A stretch of DNA of 64,000 nt from Dendrobates tinctorius (lineage: Eukaryota), in contig NW_027361891.1 in assembly GCF_039654945.1 (NCBI RefSeq), positions 10,788,001 to 10,852,000 of the forward strand, given 5' to 3'. Position 1 is the stretch's first letter; each line of letters starts with the position of its first letter. Position numbers and translations under genes: made by a program. Positions 12,585 through 24,756 of the stretch are shown here, piece by piece. Below the pieces are notes generated by a model. That model ran no database searches. It saw only the letters and a list, made by a program, of their open reading frames with translations, and was not told the DNA's origin.

Positions 12585-13725
12585 CACTCACTGGCCACTT
12601 TATTAGGTACACCATGCTAGTAACGGGTTGGACCCCCTTTTGCCTTCAGAACTGCCTCAATTCTTCGTGGCAGAGATTCAACAAGGTGCTGGAAGCATTC
12701 CTCAGAGATTTTGGACCATATTGACATGATGGCATCACACAGTTGGCGCAGATTTGTCGGCTGCACATCCCTGATGCGAATCTCCCGTTCCACCACATCC
12801 CAAAGATGCTCTATTGGATTGAGATCTGGTGACTGAGGAGGCCATTTGAGGGAGTTCTGTTCTTCCTTATTCAAAGATCCGAATTTCAATTCAGCGATAA
12901 AAGTGATAAAGGCTCGGATTGAGCCGAAACGTCGTATTAAATTATATCGCTTCTACTTCGTGCTATATATACTTGTTTGGCTCCCACATGTTTTGTATAT
13001 AATAAAAATAAGCACTTATTTGCATAAAGAAACCCCTCTGAGTGTGCGGTGAATTATATTATTATTGGTAATAGGACCTACAGGTCTGTTACGCCTGCAC
13101 CTCGCTATTGGACTTGAGTGCACGCTAACCTCCTGATTCGAGCTTTATGACATGGCGCATTATCCTGCTGAAAGTAGCCATCAGATGCCTGTTCTTAGCT
13201 GAGAGGAGTGGTACCCAGTGTGGTCTTCTGCTGCTGTAGCCCATCTGCCTCAAAGTTCGACGCACTGTGCGTTCAGAGATGCTCTTCTGCCTACCTTGGT
13301 TGTAACGGGTGGCAATTTGAGTCACTGTTGCCTTTCTATCAGCTCGAACCAGTATGCCCATTCTCCTCTGACCTCTGGCATCAACAAGGCATTTCCGGCC
13401 ACAGAACTGCCGCTCACTGTTTTTTTTTTCTTTTTCGGACCATTCTCTGTAAACCCTAGAGATGGTTGTGCGTGAAAATCCCAGTAGATCAGCAGTTTCT
13501 GAAATACTCAGACCAGCCCTTCTGGCACCAACAATCTTGCCACGTTCAAAGGCACTCAAATCACCTTTCTTCCCCATACTGATGCTCGGTTTGAACTGCA
13601 GGAGATTGTCTTGACCATGTCTACATGCCTAAATGCACTGAGTTGCCGCCATGTGATTGGCTGATTAGAAATTAAGTCTTAACACACAGTTGGACAGGTG
13701 TACCTAATAAAGTGGCCAGTGAGTG
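12585..13725 (-). mobile_element. Young internally deleted Tc1, copy 1, with a 283-bp insert
   Basis: TIR CACTCACTGGCCACTTTATTAGGTACACC at both ends and TA TSD. Near-identical to 33711-34609 and 47014-47912. ORF 13125-13577 begins MGKKGDLSAFERG. Confidence 0.95.
12851..13133 (+). mobile_element. Penelope-like short insert replacing 41 bp of Tc1
   Basis: Absent from the other two Tc1 copies, with no TSD and a target deletion. Contains GTGATAAA-GGCTC-GGATT-GAGCC-GAAACGTC (hammerhead-like variant) and AATAAA. Confidence 0.65.
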
Positions 13726-13870
13726 TATAGTCCACAAAAAGAAATTGATCACGCACTTCAGATAAAATGCAAAGTTTTATTCCTTCAATAAAAACATTTG
13801 TCAAAAGAGAGTTCACATCATCAAATGTCCAACTAAATAATCCAAGGAAAAAGTCCCAAGAAGGATTAAA

Positions 13871-14300
13871 GGCCCCGTCTCACATAACGAGATCGTTAGC
13901 GAGATCGCTGTTGCATCACCGATTTTGTGACGCAACAGCGATCTCACTACGTGTGACACATAGTGGCCACCCCCCGCTGGATATCGCTGATCGTGCTCGA
14001 ATGTCCCAGGCCATTTTCTGATCGTTGGTGTCCCGCTGGCCAGCATGTATCGCAGTGTTTGATGCCGACGAGTGACCTCGTTGGCGATGCAGAACTCAGG
14101 GACGCAGGCGTGAGTCGTCAGAATAGCTGCTGTGTGACAAGGTACCAATGACCGCCGAGGTCGTTATACGGATCGCTGGATCGTTGCTGCATCATTGAGT
14201 TGATCTGTCTGTTTGACAGCTTACTAGCGATCATTTAGCGACGCACCAGCGATCCTTACCAGGTCGTATCGCTGGTGCGTCGCTTAGTGTAACAGTACCC
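13871..14300. mobile_element. PIF/Harbinger-type MITE
   Basis: GGCCCCGTCTCACA...TGTAACAGTACCC|TAA with repeated (C)AGCGAT motifs. Same family as 32087 and 45753. Confidence 0.8.
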
Positions 14301-14645
14301 TAAGGTCTTGTTTGGCCACACTACAGGTGTTGCACTTATTAATTAGATTATTCATTGTGTGTATTGGTGGGGTTACTTAGGAGAGTTTTATATTCTGCTT
14401 GAGCTCCATTCTCACACTAGGTTATGAGTAAGAAGTGTTACCTTGAAACAAGTCAACCAAGACCTTGAACCTTCTTGGGAGTTTTTTATCTGATGATTTA
14501 GCCAGACATTGAAGATGTGGACTCTATTTTGACAAATGTTTTTATCAATGGAATGAAATTTTGTATTTTATATGAAGTGCTGGGTCAACCTGTTTTTGTG
14601 GACTGTCTTGCTATGGATTTGGGATCATGTGCACTCGTGGATAGG

Positions 14646-15157
14646 TAAGCCCCTGATGTAACCTGAAAGAAAAGAAAAATGAGTTAGATTATACTCACCC
14701 CGGTGTCCAGTCCGGTCCGATGGGTGTCGCCATCTGGGCCGGTGCCTCCCACCTTCTAGCGATAATGTCCTCCTTCTTACTTCTGCTGCGGCTCCTGTGC
14801 AGTCGTACTTTATCTGCCCTGTTGAGGGCAGAGTAAAGTACTGCAGTGCGCAGGTGCTGGACCTTTCTGACCTTTTCCGGCGCCTGTGCACTGCAGTACT
14901 TTACTCTGCCCTCAACAGGGCAGATAAAGTACTCCTGCGCAGGAGCCGCAGAAGAAGTAAGGAGGACATCATCAAGATGGGAGGCGCCGGACCGTGACAC
15001 TCACCGGCCCCGCCCCCTGGTGAGTATAATATAATTTGTTTTTCTTATCTTTCAGGTTACATTGGGGGCTTATCTACAGCATTACAGAATGCTGCAGATA
15101 AGCCCCTGATGGCTGTGGCCACAGTCTATAGGCCGAAAATGGGGTGACAGATTCCCT
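14646..15157. mobile_element. T2/Kolobok MITE (left end lost), internally palindromic
   Basis: Right end TGACAGATTCCCT|TTAA. Internal inverted repeats TACTTTATCTGCCCTGTTGAGGGCAGAGTAAAGTA. Confidence 0.8.
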
Positions 15158-15521
15158 TTAACTGCTAAACATTTGTGAACAAACTTAAATATGTATTTTA
15201 GCAAACTTTACAATGTTATATAATGTTATCATCCCCCACAACTTAAGAAATTGACAGCATGATGCATGTGAATCGAGTTGGACAGTACAAAGTTCATTCT
15301 AATGATCTTTTTACTGCTAGCCTGTAATGACGACAAGGACCATCCTCTACAGCTAGAGGAAAGAAGGTTTCATCAATATCACAAGCAGCAAATCTTTTCT
15401 GTGAGAAGAGTTAGATTATAGAATTCTCTGCTGCGTGATGTGGTTATGGTTGATTTACTAAAAAAAACTTGAGGGCCTGGATGTCTTTTTTGCAAAGTAG
15501 AATATTACAGATTAAGTACTA

Positions 15522-16648
15522 CTAGATTATGGCCCGATGCTATCGCATCGGGAGGATGCGATAGCATCACACCTCTTGCCATGTTAACCCTCAACACACA
15601 CACTCCTCTCACCTTTCACCATCTCCACTCACTCTTTCACTCCACATACGACCCCTTCTCTCACTCCGTCTCTCATACTCACGCCGTCATCGCCGCTGCT
15701 CCACGATCCCCGACATCTTCTTCCGCCAGCGCCATCCTGGATACAGACGTTGTCCACGCCGGCGACATGTTCTTGCGGCGACGCCATCTTGAGTATCGTG
15801 AAATCCCGCGATAGTCAAGATGGCGTCGCCGCAAGAACATGTCGCCGGCGTGGACGACGTCGGGATCCAAAATGGCGTTGGCGAAATCTCGCGAGTTTTC
15901 GCCGACGCCATTTTGGATCCCGACGTCGTCCTCGCCGGCGACATGTTCTTGCGGCAACGCCATCTTGACTATCGCGGGATTTCGCCGATCCAAAATGGCG
16001 TCACCGCATGAACATGTCGTCGGCGTGGACGACGTCGGGATCCAAAATGGCGTCGGCGAAATCTCGCGAGTTTTCGCCGACGCCATTTTGGATCCCGACG
16101 TCGTCCTCGCTGGCGACATGTTCTTGCGGCGACGCCATCTTGACTATCGCGGGATTTCGCCGATCCAAAATGGCGTCGCCGCAAGAACATGTCGCCGGCG
16201 TGGACGACGTCGGGATCCAAAATGGCGTCGGCGAAATCTCGCGAGTTTTCGCCGACGCCATTTTGGATCCCGACGTCGTCCTCGCCGGCGACATGTTCTT
16301 GCGGCGACGCCATCTTGACTATCGCGGGATTTCGCTGATCCAAAATGGCGTCGCCGCAAGAACATTTCGACGGCGTGGAGGACGTCTGGATCCAGGATGG
16401 CGCCGGCGGAAGAAGATGTCGGGGATCGTGGATCAGCGGCGATGACGGCGTGAGTATGAGAGACGGAGTGAGAGAAAGGGTCGTATGTGGAGTGAAAGAG
16501 TGAGTGGACGTGAGTGGAGATGGTGAAAGGTGAGTGGAGTGTGTGTGTTGAGGGTTAACATGGAAAGAGGTGTGCGGTGACGTCACCGGTTACAACTGGA
16601 CGGAAGTTGTTACAACCGGAAGTTGCTTAGGGCATTTATTATTATAGA
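15522..16648 (-). mobile_element. Non-autonomous Helitron carrying a palindromic CpG-rich array
   Basis: Minus strand reads A|TCTATAATAAT...CCCGATGC-GATA-GCATCGGG-CCATAAT-CTAG|T. This gives 5'-TC, a subterminal hairpin (15533-15552), 3'-CTAG, an A/T target and no TSD. Confidence 0.85.
15790..16345. repeat. 175-bp tandem repeat (~3 copies), each unit largely self-complementary
   Basis: CTTGACTATCGCGGGATTTCGC at 15964, 16139 and 16314. Each unit folds around AAATCTCGCGAGTTTT. Confidence 0.9.
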
Positions 16649-17079
16649 TATTCTGTGATGGGATGTTGATCCATGGAACTAGTCTGATTTCTGTAGTTAT
16701 AGTTGGGAAGGCATTGTTCCTGACATATAGAACAATTGGCATCTGCCTCATTTTGGATCAACTTGTAAAACTAGGTTGAACTTAATGGATTTCTGTCTTC
16801 TTTCAACCTTAAACCTATGAAGCTATGAAAACCCTATGTTTATGCAGTGGAAAAAATCAGCACAGATTGTGGGTTTTCACATCTCTAGCATTTTCATTCT
16901 GTTACTTATTATTTTGCAGATTTGTAGCTGATTTTAAGTATTACGCTGCAATGGTTAAAATCCAAAGTAAAATTTGCATCAAACCTCTTGTAACACTTTC
17001 AAAATTTACCCCAAATTTCTGCCCATTGCACTGTATGTGTCTGTCTGGTTAGTTATTATATCAGACACAAGATTCTGGC

Positions 17080-18305
17080 AGTGTTCCTGATCTTCAGCCA
17101 TCCCTCATGGGCTATAGCCTACAATTAACTAATATTAATTAGTTTTTTAAGTTGTAGCCTTTTTCAAATGTCACTAAAGATTTTTTATTGGATTAAAGTC
17201 ATGCAATTGGGATGGCCACTTTAGAATCTTCCAGGACTTCTTCTGAAACCAAGACTTGGGGGACTTTGAGATATGCTTGGAATCATGGTCCTTTTGGATG
17301 GTCCACACAGAAGGCATGCTTTCTCCTATGATTTCCTGAGACTTGATTGTAATTTATTGGTCTTAAAATGCTGCAGGTTTGCAGTAGAAGAAGAAGCAAA
17401 GCAGCCATAGACCCTCACCAAGTGACCTCCATGCTTGAATGTAGGCAAGTTGCTCTTTTCAGTTTATGCTTCATTCTTCCTGTTTCAGTATATATGGCTT
17501 AGCCATAGTCCAGAAAATTTCCAATTACTATTTCACAGAACATAATCTTAAAATTTCTATGGCCTATTTGCATGTTTTTCAGCATTATGAATCACTTCCT
17601 GTGCTTTTGGCTCAGAAGCAGTTGCGGACATACCAATGGTGCAACATATGCAGTCACAAATGCGCCCAAGAGGCAGGGGGGACATTTCCACCTCCAAAAC
17701 AGGTGGAATTATGCATAATAATGAACTATTGGACTGCAGAGGGCCCATATATTGATCTTGCACTCGAGAGTCTTTAGCCTCCTACCTCATCAGAAATATG
17801 GTGGCATCAGGCGACAGTTTCCTCTTTCTGTTACATCCAGGTAGAGTAGCAAATTTGCAACTTAATCTCTGAGGACATTCAATGCCTTTGCTATCTTTTT
17901 TGCTTCCTTTTCCTTGTTTGTGCAAAATAATATATCTTTTCTTCACATTTTTGACTACTCTCTTGACAACCTAAGAATATTTATTAGCAAACTGGAGGCC
18001 ATTGCCCATGAGGAATGGGCTAAGATTCCTCAGGAATGCTGCCATAAGCTGATGTTTGGCTAAGTATTATGCTTGTAGCAGGTCATAGCAACTAAAGAAA
18101 GAAGAATCTGAATAATTAGGAAACTGTAACAGTCATTAAAAGTGACATTTTGTGATAAATTTGGAGAAAAAAACTTGCTACGTTAGTTTTATTGAGATAG
18201 TTAAATCGCTCTTGTTTGATTTATTTATTGCAAGCAGCATAAAGGTTGTAAATTTTGTTAGGAAACCTAAGTTTCAACGTGGGTGGAATAATTTTGATTG
18301 CTAGT
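17080..18305 (-). mobile_element. Highly decayed Tc1-like remnant
   Basis: Antisense Tc1 phrases (CTTGGAATCATGGTCCTTTTGGA, CCTCCATGCTTGAATGTAGG) and an eroded TIR-like end GGTGGAATAATTTTGATTG. Boundaries are approximate. Confidence 0.45.
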
Positions 18306-18429
18306 GATGTGTAGAAGGCAAAATAGACAGGAAAACATGCAAGCAAATTTATCATTTCAGAATTAAGACTTGGATAGAAGACCACAACCATAAAGATTGT
18401 TTTGAATAAATAGACATTTACAGATCTAG

Positions 18430-19067
18430 ATAAAATGTTCCTTTACTGTTTTGAGCAATCTGACCTATTAATATGGGCATACAGCGCATTCTGACTGCTG
18501 TCACTCCTCTTCACTGTTCCTCCCTTCTATGGGCATTTGCACCACTGTTGTTCTGCGCAGGTGCCGACGAGTCACTGTAACATCTGCTCTCAGTGTTCTC
18601 CATCACTCAGAAAAAGGACATTTCTGACTTCCTTTTTCCCACCCTGCATAGTAAGCCTATCATTTGCACCTTTTCTGGGTTACTTAGAGCAGAAGCTACA
18701 GTGACTCTTCGGCGCCTGCGCAGAACAAAACTGGAGCCAACGTCCATAAAAGGGAGAAATAGCGAAGAGGACCAATGGCAGTTGGAATGTGCAGGCGCGG
18801 TATTTCCAGCCACACCCCTATCATCACAGGGATATAGTGATGATGTGGAATGAGAAAGATAAGATAATGAAGTGAGGAGGCAGCACTATCTTCAGGGCAG
18901 CATACACGCTATAGCCTGGAAGAACTCAATTCCATAAAGTGATAAAAGATGATTTTTCACAACATGGCATCTGATATGAGGCATACAGGGGTGACATTTT
19001 CAGCAGTCTATAACCTTTATACCCATGTTAATAGGTCAGATCGCTCAAATATGGTGAAACATTCCCT
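18430..19067. mobile_element. Old T2/Kolobok MITE
   Basis: GAGCAATCTGACCTATTAATATGGG (~18453) is inverse to CCCATGTTAATAGGTCAGATCGCTC (~19022). Ends ATTCCCT|TTAA. Confidence 0.6.
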
Positions 19068-20018
19068 TTAATAACATTTCTTTTTTATGTCATAGACTGA
19101 AAACCCCTCTGTTCTAATTTTGCTAATAAAGAAAAATTCTGAAACCAAGGATTGAGTGCTTCATGGCTTCTGAAATGGACAAGCCATTTTCTTTTAGACA
19201 TAACAATAATCCCCACATTCTAGAAATTTAAACACAACCGTCTACCTCACAAAGTGTGCGTTATTAAAAAATGTTTGTTTTTTTTATATACTTTCTTGTT
19301 TTAATAGTCCTGTATTAGACTTGTTTATGCCACTTGAATACATACTGTACAGTGGCCTGTTGCAGGTACTTTTGGGCTGTAAACCTACCTTTTCTTGACC
19401 CATTCTTTTTGGTGAAAAAAAAAGTGGGGGGGTGGTTTTTTAAATCTTTTAATAAGAGGACATATTTTAATTTTTGAATACCTGTTTTAATAGTCCAATT
19501 TAGCAACCGTACACCCCACAACCATACTGTTGTAAGGTTTTACAACTGTTACACTAGTCCAGTTTAACAACTGTACGTTCCACAACAATACTACTGGCTA
19601 TTGCCGCAACTTACTTTCCTTTTACTACGTAACAACATAGTTCTTAGGGTTACAGAATTTCTGCTAATGAAGGGGGGAATTCAAACCCAAAAATATTTCT
19701 AAAAATATACAAAAAATGAGTAAATATTTTGCACAGACGTTTTACTTGTGCAATTATACAATTGTACGGGTCACAAGAAAACTATTTCCATAAATTCCTT
19801 TCCAATGCGTATACCTACCGACCAACATCACATTCTTTATTGTTTTTTTTTGTTGGGAGGGGTAATAGTGTTTAATATTTTTATTAAACATTTCAGTTTT
19901 CCAACCCTACACTTCATAACCATGCTGTGACTTGTTGCAGCATTTTCTTGCTGTGTTTCTACTTTATGGCATTTGTTGTTAACTGGTTCCTTTTGGCAGA
20001 TGGAATTAATTTACTTAA

Positions 20019-22396
20019 CCCCTTCACCGCCTTGTGATTTTTCGCTTTTGCAATTTAGTTGTTTTGCTTCCTTTTTTCCCAGAGCCATAACGTTTTATTT
20101 TTCCTTCAATATAGCTGTATGAGGGCTTGTTTTCTGTGATGCAAGTTGCACTTTTGACTGACACCATTGATTCAACAACATAGTGTTTTGGAAAGCGGGA
20201 AAAAAATCCAAGTGCGGTGAAATTGCAAAAACAAAAGTGTTGTTTTTGTTTTCTTTATTTACCATGTTCAGTAAATGCTAAAACGGGCCTGCCAATATTA
20301 TTCTCCAGGTCAGTTTGAGTTCACAGATACCAAACATTTCTAGGTTGTTTTTTATTCAAGTGGTAAAAAAAAATCCAAAATTAGTAAAAGAAAAAGTCGC
20401 CATTTTATGAGACCTGTAGCTTCTCCGTTTTTTGGGATCTGGGGCTGGGTGAGGCTTATTTTTTTACACCCTGAGCTGAAGTTTTTATTGATACCATTTT
20501 TGGGTAGATATAATGTTTATATTGTCGGTTATTGCATTTTATTACAGTGTTGCAGAAGCCAGTCAAAAAAATTCTAGTGTTTCTGGGTCGCCCTCGCACA
20601 CCCAGGGCTGCGGGGCACTCGGTACCGGGCCGGTGTCAAGGCGGGAATGTGTCACAGCAGCGGTGACCCGGTCCGTGGCCCTGGGCGCCCAATATCAATG
20701 GCGGTGATGTTAATGGTGTTAAAGTTTATTAGGTAGTTCGTAACACCACCCGTGGTGTTTGGCAAGTAAGATGTTGAGCCAACGCTGCATGCAGATCCAC
20801 TGGGACTGATGGTGTGGTGCAGCAGAGATGGTATAGCTCCCCACAGGTGGAGCTGTAGTCCCAGGGCAGTGTAGGTGCAATGGATGAGGAGAGGCACAGA
20901 ATGGTATGGATGCTGGTACCCAGGTGTAGTGGTGCAGGAATAACTGGAGGACACCAGAGTATACGGTTCCAAAGCTTTGCTCACTGTTTGCAGTTCACAC
21001 AACTGCCTGCCTCCGTACCATGTTCTCCAGGTCAGGGCTCCAGCCAACCTCCAGGAGGGATGGAATTCTCCCATCCACACTCCACCAACATGTACCTTAC
21101 TGAATGACTCCTCCAATGCTCCTTTAGGTGCGAAGCACTCCAGTACTTAGTTACCCTGGAATGCCTCTCTCTAGGTGTTCCTAGTCTTTACTTGTATGAC
21201 AGACAGCTGTAGCCTGCTTCGGGGACTCCTCACTGCGTCCCGGATCTCTATTCAGTTGCTGTTGTGTCCCAAGTCTATGATGGGAGCAAGGCGTTAGCGG
21301 CTCACTATTCCTCCGGTGTCTGTTGCCGGACATAAAGATCCAATCAACCTCGGGGACCGGGCCCTGGCCTTTGCGCTCTCTGGAATGGAAGGGTTCTCTA
21401 TCTTTCTTCAACCAGCTTCCCACCGTCCTTCTATTCTCCTTCGTTCCGATCTGTTCTATCTCTCTTATGGAAGGTAGGTTATCAATCTTATCAGTCTCTT
21501 TCTCTGGTCTTTCTCGTGCCAGCAGCCCAGATCACTGGGACCTGCTGCAGCACGTCCCTCAGACACCCATCTTCTCTCTTCTCTCTCCTCTAACCAACTA
21601 ACCACTAACTCTCACTCTTCCCAGCACCTCTCATGTTACGAAGCCAGGGACAACAAAAGGCACCCTATGACCTTTCCAGCATAAAGCATGGATGAGTCTC
21701 TGCTGAACTATCCTGTGTGTGGGGTGCAGGTGTTGGAATGCGGAAAGGAGTTCCCAGCCTACCTGGATGGTGGGGCACTACACCTTAGGAGAAGGTGCAG
21801 TACCTCTGTGGCGACTGAAGCCTCAGGGGCACCACATTTCGATCCTGCTTCTTGTTACACCGTTTACTGATCAGATTAATTTAGTTTATGCTTTGATAGA
21901 TTGGACATTTCTGAATGCAGCGATACCAAATATGTGTATTTTTTTAAATTGTTCTATTTTGAGTGGGCAGAAGGGGGACGATTTGAACTTTTGGGGTTTT
22001 TTATGTTTTCATTTTTTTTTTTTTTTTTGCTTTTCACATGCTTCAACCCCTTATGGGACTTGAAGCTATGGCTGTCTGATCAACTGTGCCACACATAGCA
22101 GTGCATCAGCCTGCATTTATAGGAGATTTATAATAACAAGCAAGGGGGTCTTCTGCAGACCCCTGGCCGTCATAACAACGCTTTGACGCCCCGTGATCAC
22201 ATGACAGGAGTGCTGATGGGTGTGCCTTGCGACTTGTTTCTGCGGGGCGCATGTTAAATGCGGCTGTTAAATGCACATGACAATTGATCAGATCAGCTGT
22301 CATGTGCAGGGAAAGATGCAAGCTCAGCATCAGGGCGCGCATCAAAGGCAGGGAGATGACCTTGGACGTAGCTATACACCCAAGGTTGTTAAGGGG
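20019..22396. mobile_element. Non-autonomous piggyBac-type element containing a solo LTR
   Basis: TTAA|CCCCTT...AAGGGG|TTGA. The body resembles 24757-25951 and 54345-55419 in reverse. Confidence 0.75.
20584..21836 (-). mobile_element. Solo LTR (Gypsy-like), same family as 22796-24125
   Basis: Minus strand TGTGGTGCCCCTGAGG...GCGACCCA with 4-bp TSD TTTC. Confidence 0.85.
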
Positions 22397-22795
22397 TTGA
22401 AGCAAAAATATGCAAGCAAATTATGATACTGAATCGAGACATTTAAATGAACAAGTCTGTTTTGCAACCCCGTTTACAGTATCACTGGCAGGCTGATGTT
22501 GCATTATCCTTTTTGACCATTATGTAGGAGCAGACATATCGCTGCTGCAGCTGATGCTGCTGCATCGGGGCCCAAATGTGGAGGGAAGCCCGCCGAAACC
22601 AGTGACTACTTCAGCTGGATGTGTGTTGTGGCGAAAGTGGCCTGCCATCTCTCTGCATTGCAATACATGCTGCCTGCCAATCAGAGACCAGCAGCTTATG
22701 TTGGCATGTCTGTGACTGGTGGCGCATGGCAGTGACATGCAACATTCCGGGGATGCCAAAATCAGCTACTGGTTCCTGTTCCTGCTATAGAAGAG

Positions 22796-24125
22796 TGTGG
22801 CGCCCCTGAGGCTCAGTCGCCACAGAGGTACTGCACCTTCTCCTAAGGTGTGGTGCCCCACCATCCAGGTAAGTTGGGAGCTCCTGACCATGCTCCAACA
22901 CTCGCACCCCACACAATAGAGTAGTTCAGCATAACCACATTGCGGCTCCTTGCTTAGAGAGAAGCAGAGCACCTTTGGTGGTTCCCTGCTTGGAACACTA
23001 GACGTGCTGGGAGGTGGGTGGAGTTTTGACTAGATATAAAAGAATGGGACAGTTCCAGGATTGAGAGGTTCAGTCGGGGTTCAGTCTGACAGGAGGTTGA
23101 GTTGAGTTTGACGAGGCCACTCGGAGAGGAGTGGGGATCCCTGGAAGAGGGATGGAGGAAGGAGTGCTGCAGCTGCCTCAGTGACCTGAGCCAGCTGGCA
23201 CGGGAAAGGAAAGAAGGAGAAAAACATTGAACCGAAGCCTGAGCTTCCATGGAAGGGAAAGACAAGTATGGAACGTAGGAGTTAAAGGGAACACAGAGGA
23301 CGTGGGTTAGAGGAAGAACCCTGCCTAGAAGTTCTAAGCACAAGGCCGGGGCCCGGTCCCCGAGGTTGTATGGACATTAATGGACATTGGTGGAGTAGTG
23401 GGCTGTAAATGCACTACTCCCATCTAAGACTTGGGGGCTTGGGGGCACAACAGCAACATGGATAGAGAGCCGGGACTCAGGAGTAAGGAGTCCCCGAAGC
23501 AGGCTACACCTGTCTGCCGTACAAGTAGAGTTCTTGGGAACATCTGTCAGGAGGAACTCCAGTGTAACTCAGTACTAGGAGATCTTCACACTTAAAGGCG
23601 CTATAGAAGAGACGTTCAGAAAGGCACATAACTTGGCGGAGCGTGGAAAGGAGCATTCCATCTTGCCTGGAGGTTGACTGAGTCCCTGACCCGGAGGACA
23701 CGGCACAGAAGCGGGCACTACAGACTGTGAGTAAAGCTTTGGAACTACATGCCCTGGTGTCCTCCATTCCTTCCTGCGTCTGTCCGCCTGGCACTGCTAC
23801 ATCCCCTGCGCCGGACACTATACCATCTAAGTGTCTCCACATCTACACTGCCCTGGGACATCAACCCTGCCTGTGGAGGGCTATAACACCATTGCTGCAC
23901 CTCACCATCTGTCCCAGAGGGTCTGTCTGCCGCGTCGGGTTAACACCTCCCTTGCTGAACACCATAGGTGGCGTCACAAACTATTCATCTAACTACATTC
24001 CACCATTCACATCCCCCACCATTGCTTGGGCGCCCAGGGCCACGGTCCGGGTCACTGCTGCTGTGACACGTCCCGCTGATACCGGCCCGGTACCGAGTAC
24101 CCCAAAGCCCTGGGAGGGTGACCCA
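22796..24125 (+). mobile_element. Solo LTR (Gypsy-like)
   Basis: TGTGGCGCCCCTGAGG...GTGACCCA with 4-bp TSD AGAG. AGTAAA signal near 23731. Confidence 0.85.
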
Positions 24126-24184
24126 AGAGGACACCGCACAGCGTGGAGGAAGGTGGGTAGTATCTTTTTTTATAATGTATTATT

Positions 24185-24475
24185 ATTCCTGGAAATAGAC
24201 CTTGATGGTGCACATTATGTCTGGAAATGGACCAAAATGAGGCACATTATGTCTGGAAATGAGCAAGGATGAGGCATATTATACCTTGAAATATGTCAGG
24301 ATGGGGCACACTATATCTGGAATTAACCGAGGATGAGGTTAATTATACCTGGTAAGGGACCAGCATGGGGGCATATTATACCTGCAAATAGACCAGGATG
24401 GGGCTCATTACACTTGGAAATGGACCAGGATGGGGCACATTACACCTGGAAATTGACCAAGATGGGTCACATTTT
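24185..24475. repeat. ~31-bp minisatellite (~9 degenerate copies)
   Basis: Consensus GGACCAGGATGGGGCACATTATACCTGGAAAT. Confidence 0.8.
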
Positions 24476-24579
24476 ATTTCTTTCAGTTGATTTATTGGAA
24501 GAGATGGGCTGTCAGCCTTTGCACACAGGTGACATAGGGTCAGATATGATGGAGGGCATGATTGTAATGCCATGTTGTA

Positions 24580-24756
24580 TTGCTGGCCCAGTGCTACTGC
24601 TGAGGTGTTATGGAAGCCCAAGTTGCTTTGATAGCAGCCTTCAGCTTGTCTGCATTGTTGGGTCTGGTGTCTCTCTTCTTCCTATTGACAATATCCCATA
24701 GATTCTCTATGAGGTTAAGGTCGGGCAAGTTTGCTGGCCAATCAAATACAGTGATA
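24580..24756 (-). mobile_element. Tc1 fragment, same family as 8546-9532
   Basis: Matches 8885-9043 (GATAGCAGCCTTCAGCT...TTTGCTGGCCAATCAA). Confidence 0.75.

Larger units (their letters stand above)
12571..14645 (+). mobile_element. Penelope-like inverted-arm element, split by a Tc1 and a Harbinger MITE
   Basis: Left arm (12571-12584 + 13726-13870 + 14301-14312) is the diverged reverse complement of ~14455-14616. Degenerate hammerhead GGTT-ATGAGTA...GAAA-CAA-GTC-AACC at 14420-14458. Confidence 0.6.
15335..16830 (+). mobile_element. CR1 LINE 3' remnant interrupted by a Helitron
   Basis: HPLQLEERRFH-like ORF2 C-terminus and GGCCTGGATGTCTT. After the Helitron: AGGTTGAACTTAATGGA...TTCAACCT hairpin and a CTATGAA repeat tail. 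Confidence 0.65.

Noticed and set aside
12617-12889. 90-aa chimeric ORF restoring the Tc1 C-terminus
   Set aside because: Chance fusion of insert sequence with the Tc1 tail. It has a non-ATG start and lacks the first two catalytic aspartates and the DNA-binding domain.
15581-16586. Overlapping repetitive ORFs on both strands
   Set aside because: Artefact of the GC-rich palindromic 175-bp array, with the same peptides appearing on both strands.
20584-24125. One element with long inverted termini (DIRS or foldback)
   Set aside because: Each repeat has its own TSD, the first lies inside a separate piggyBac-type element, and no coding sequence lies between them.
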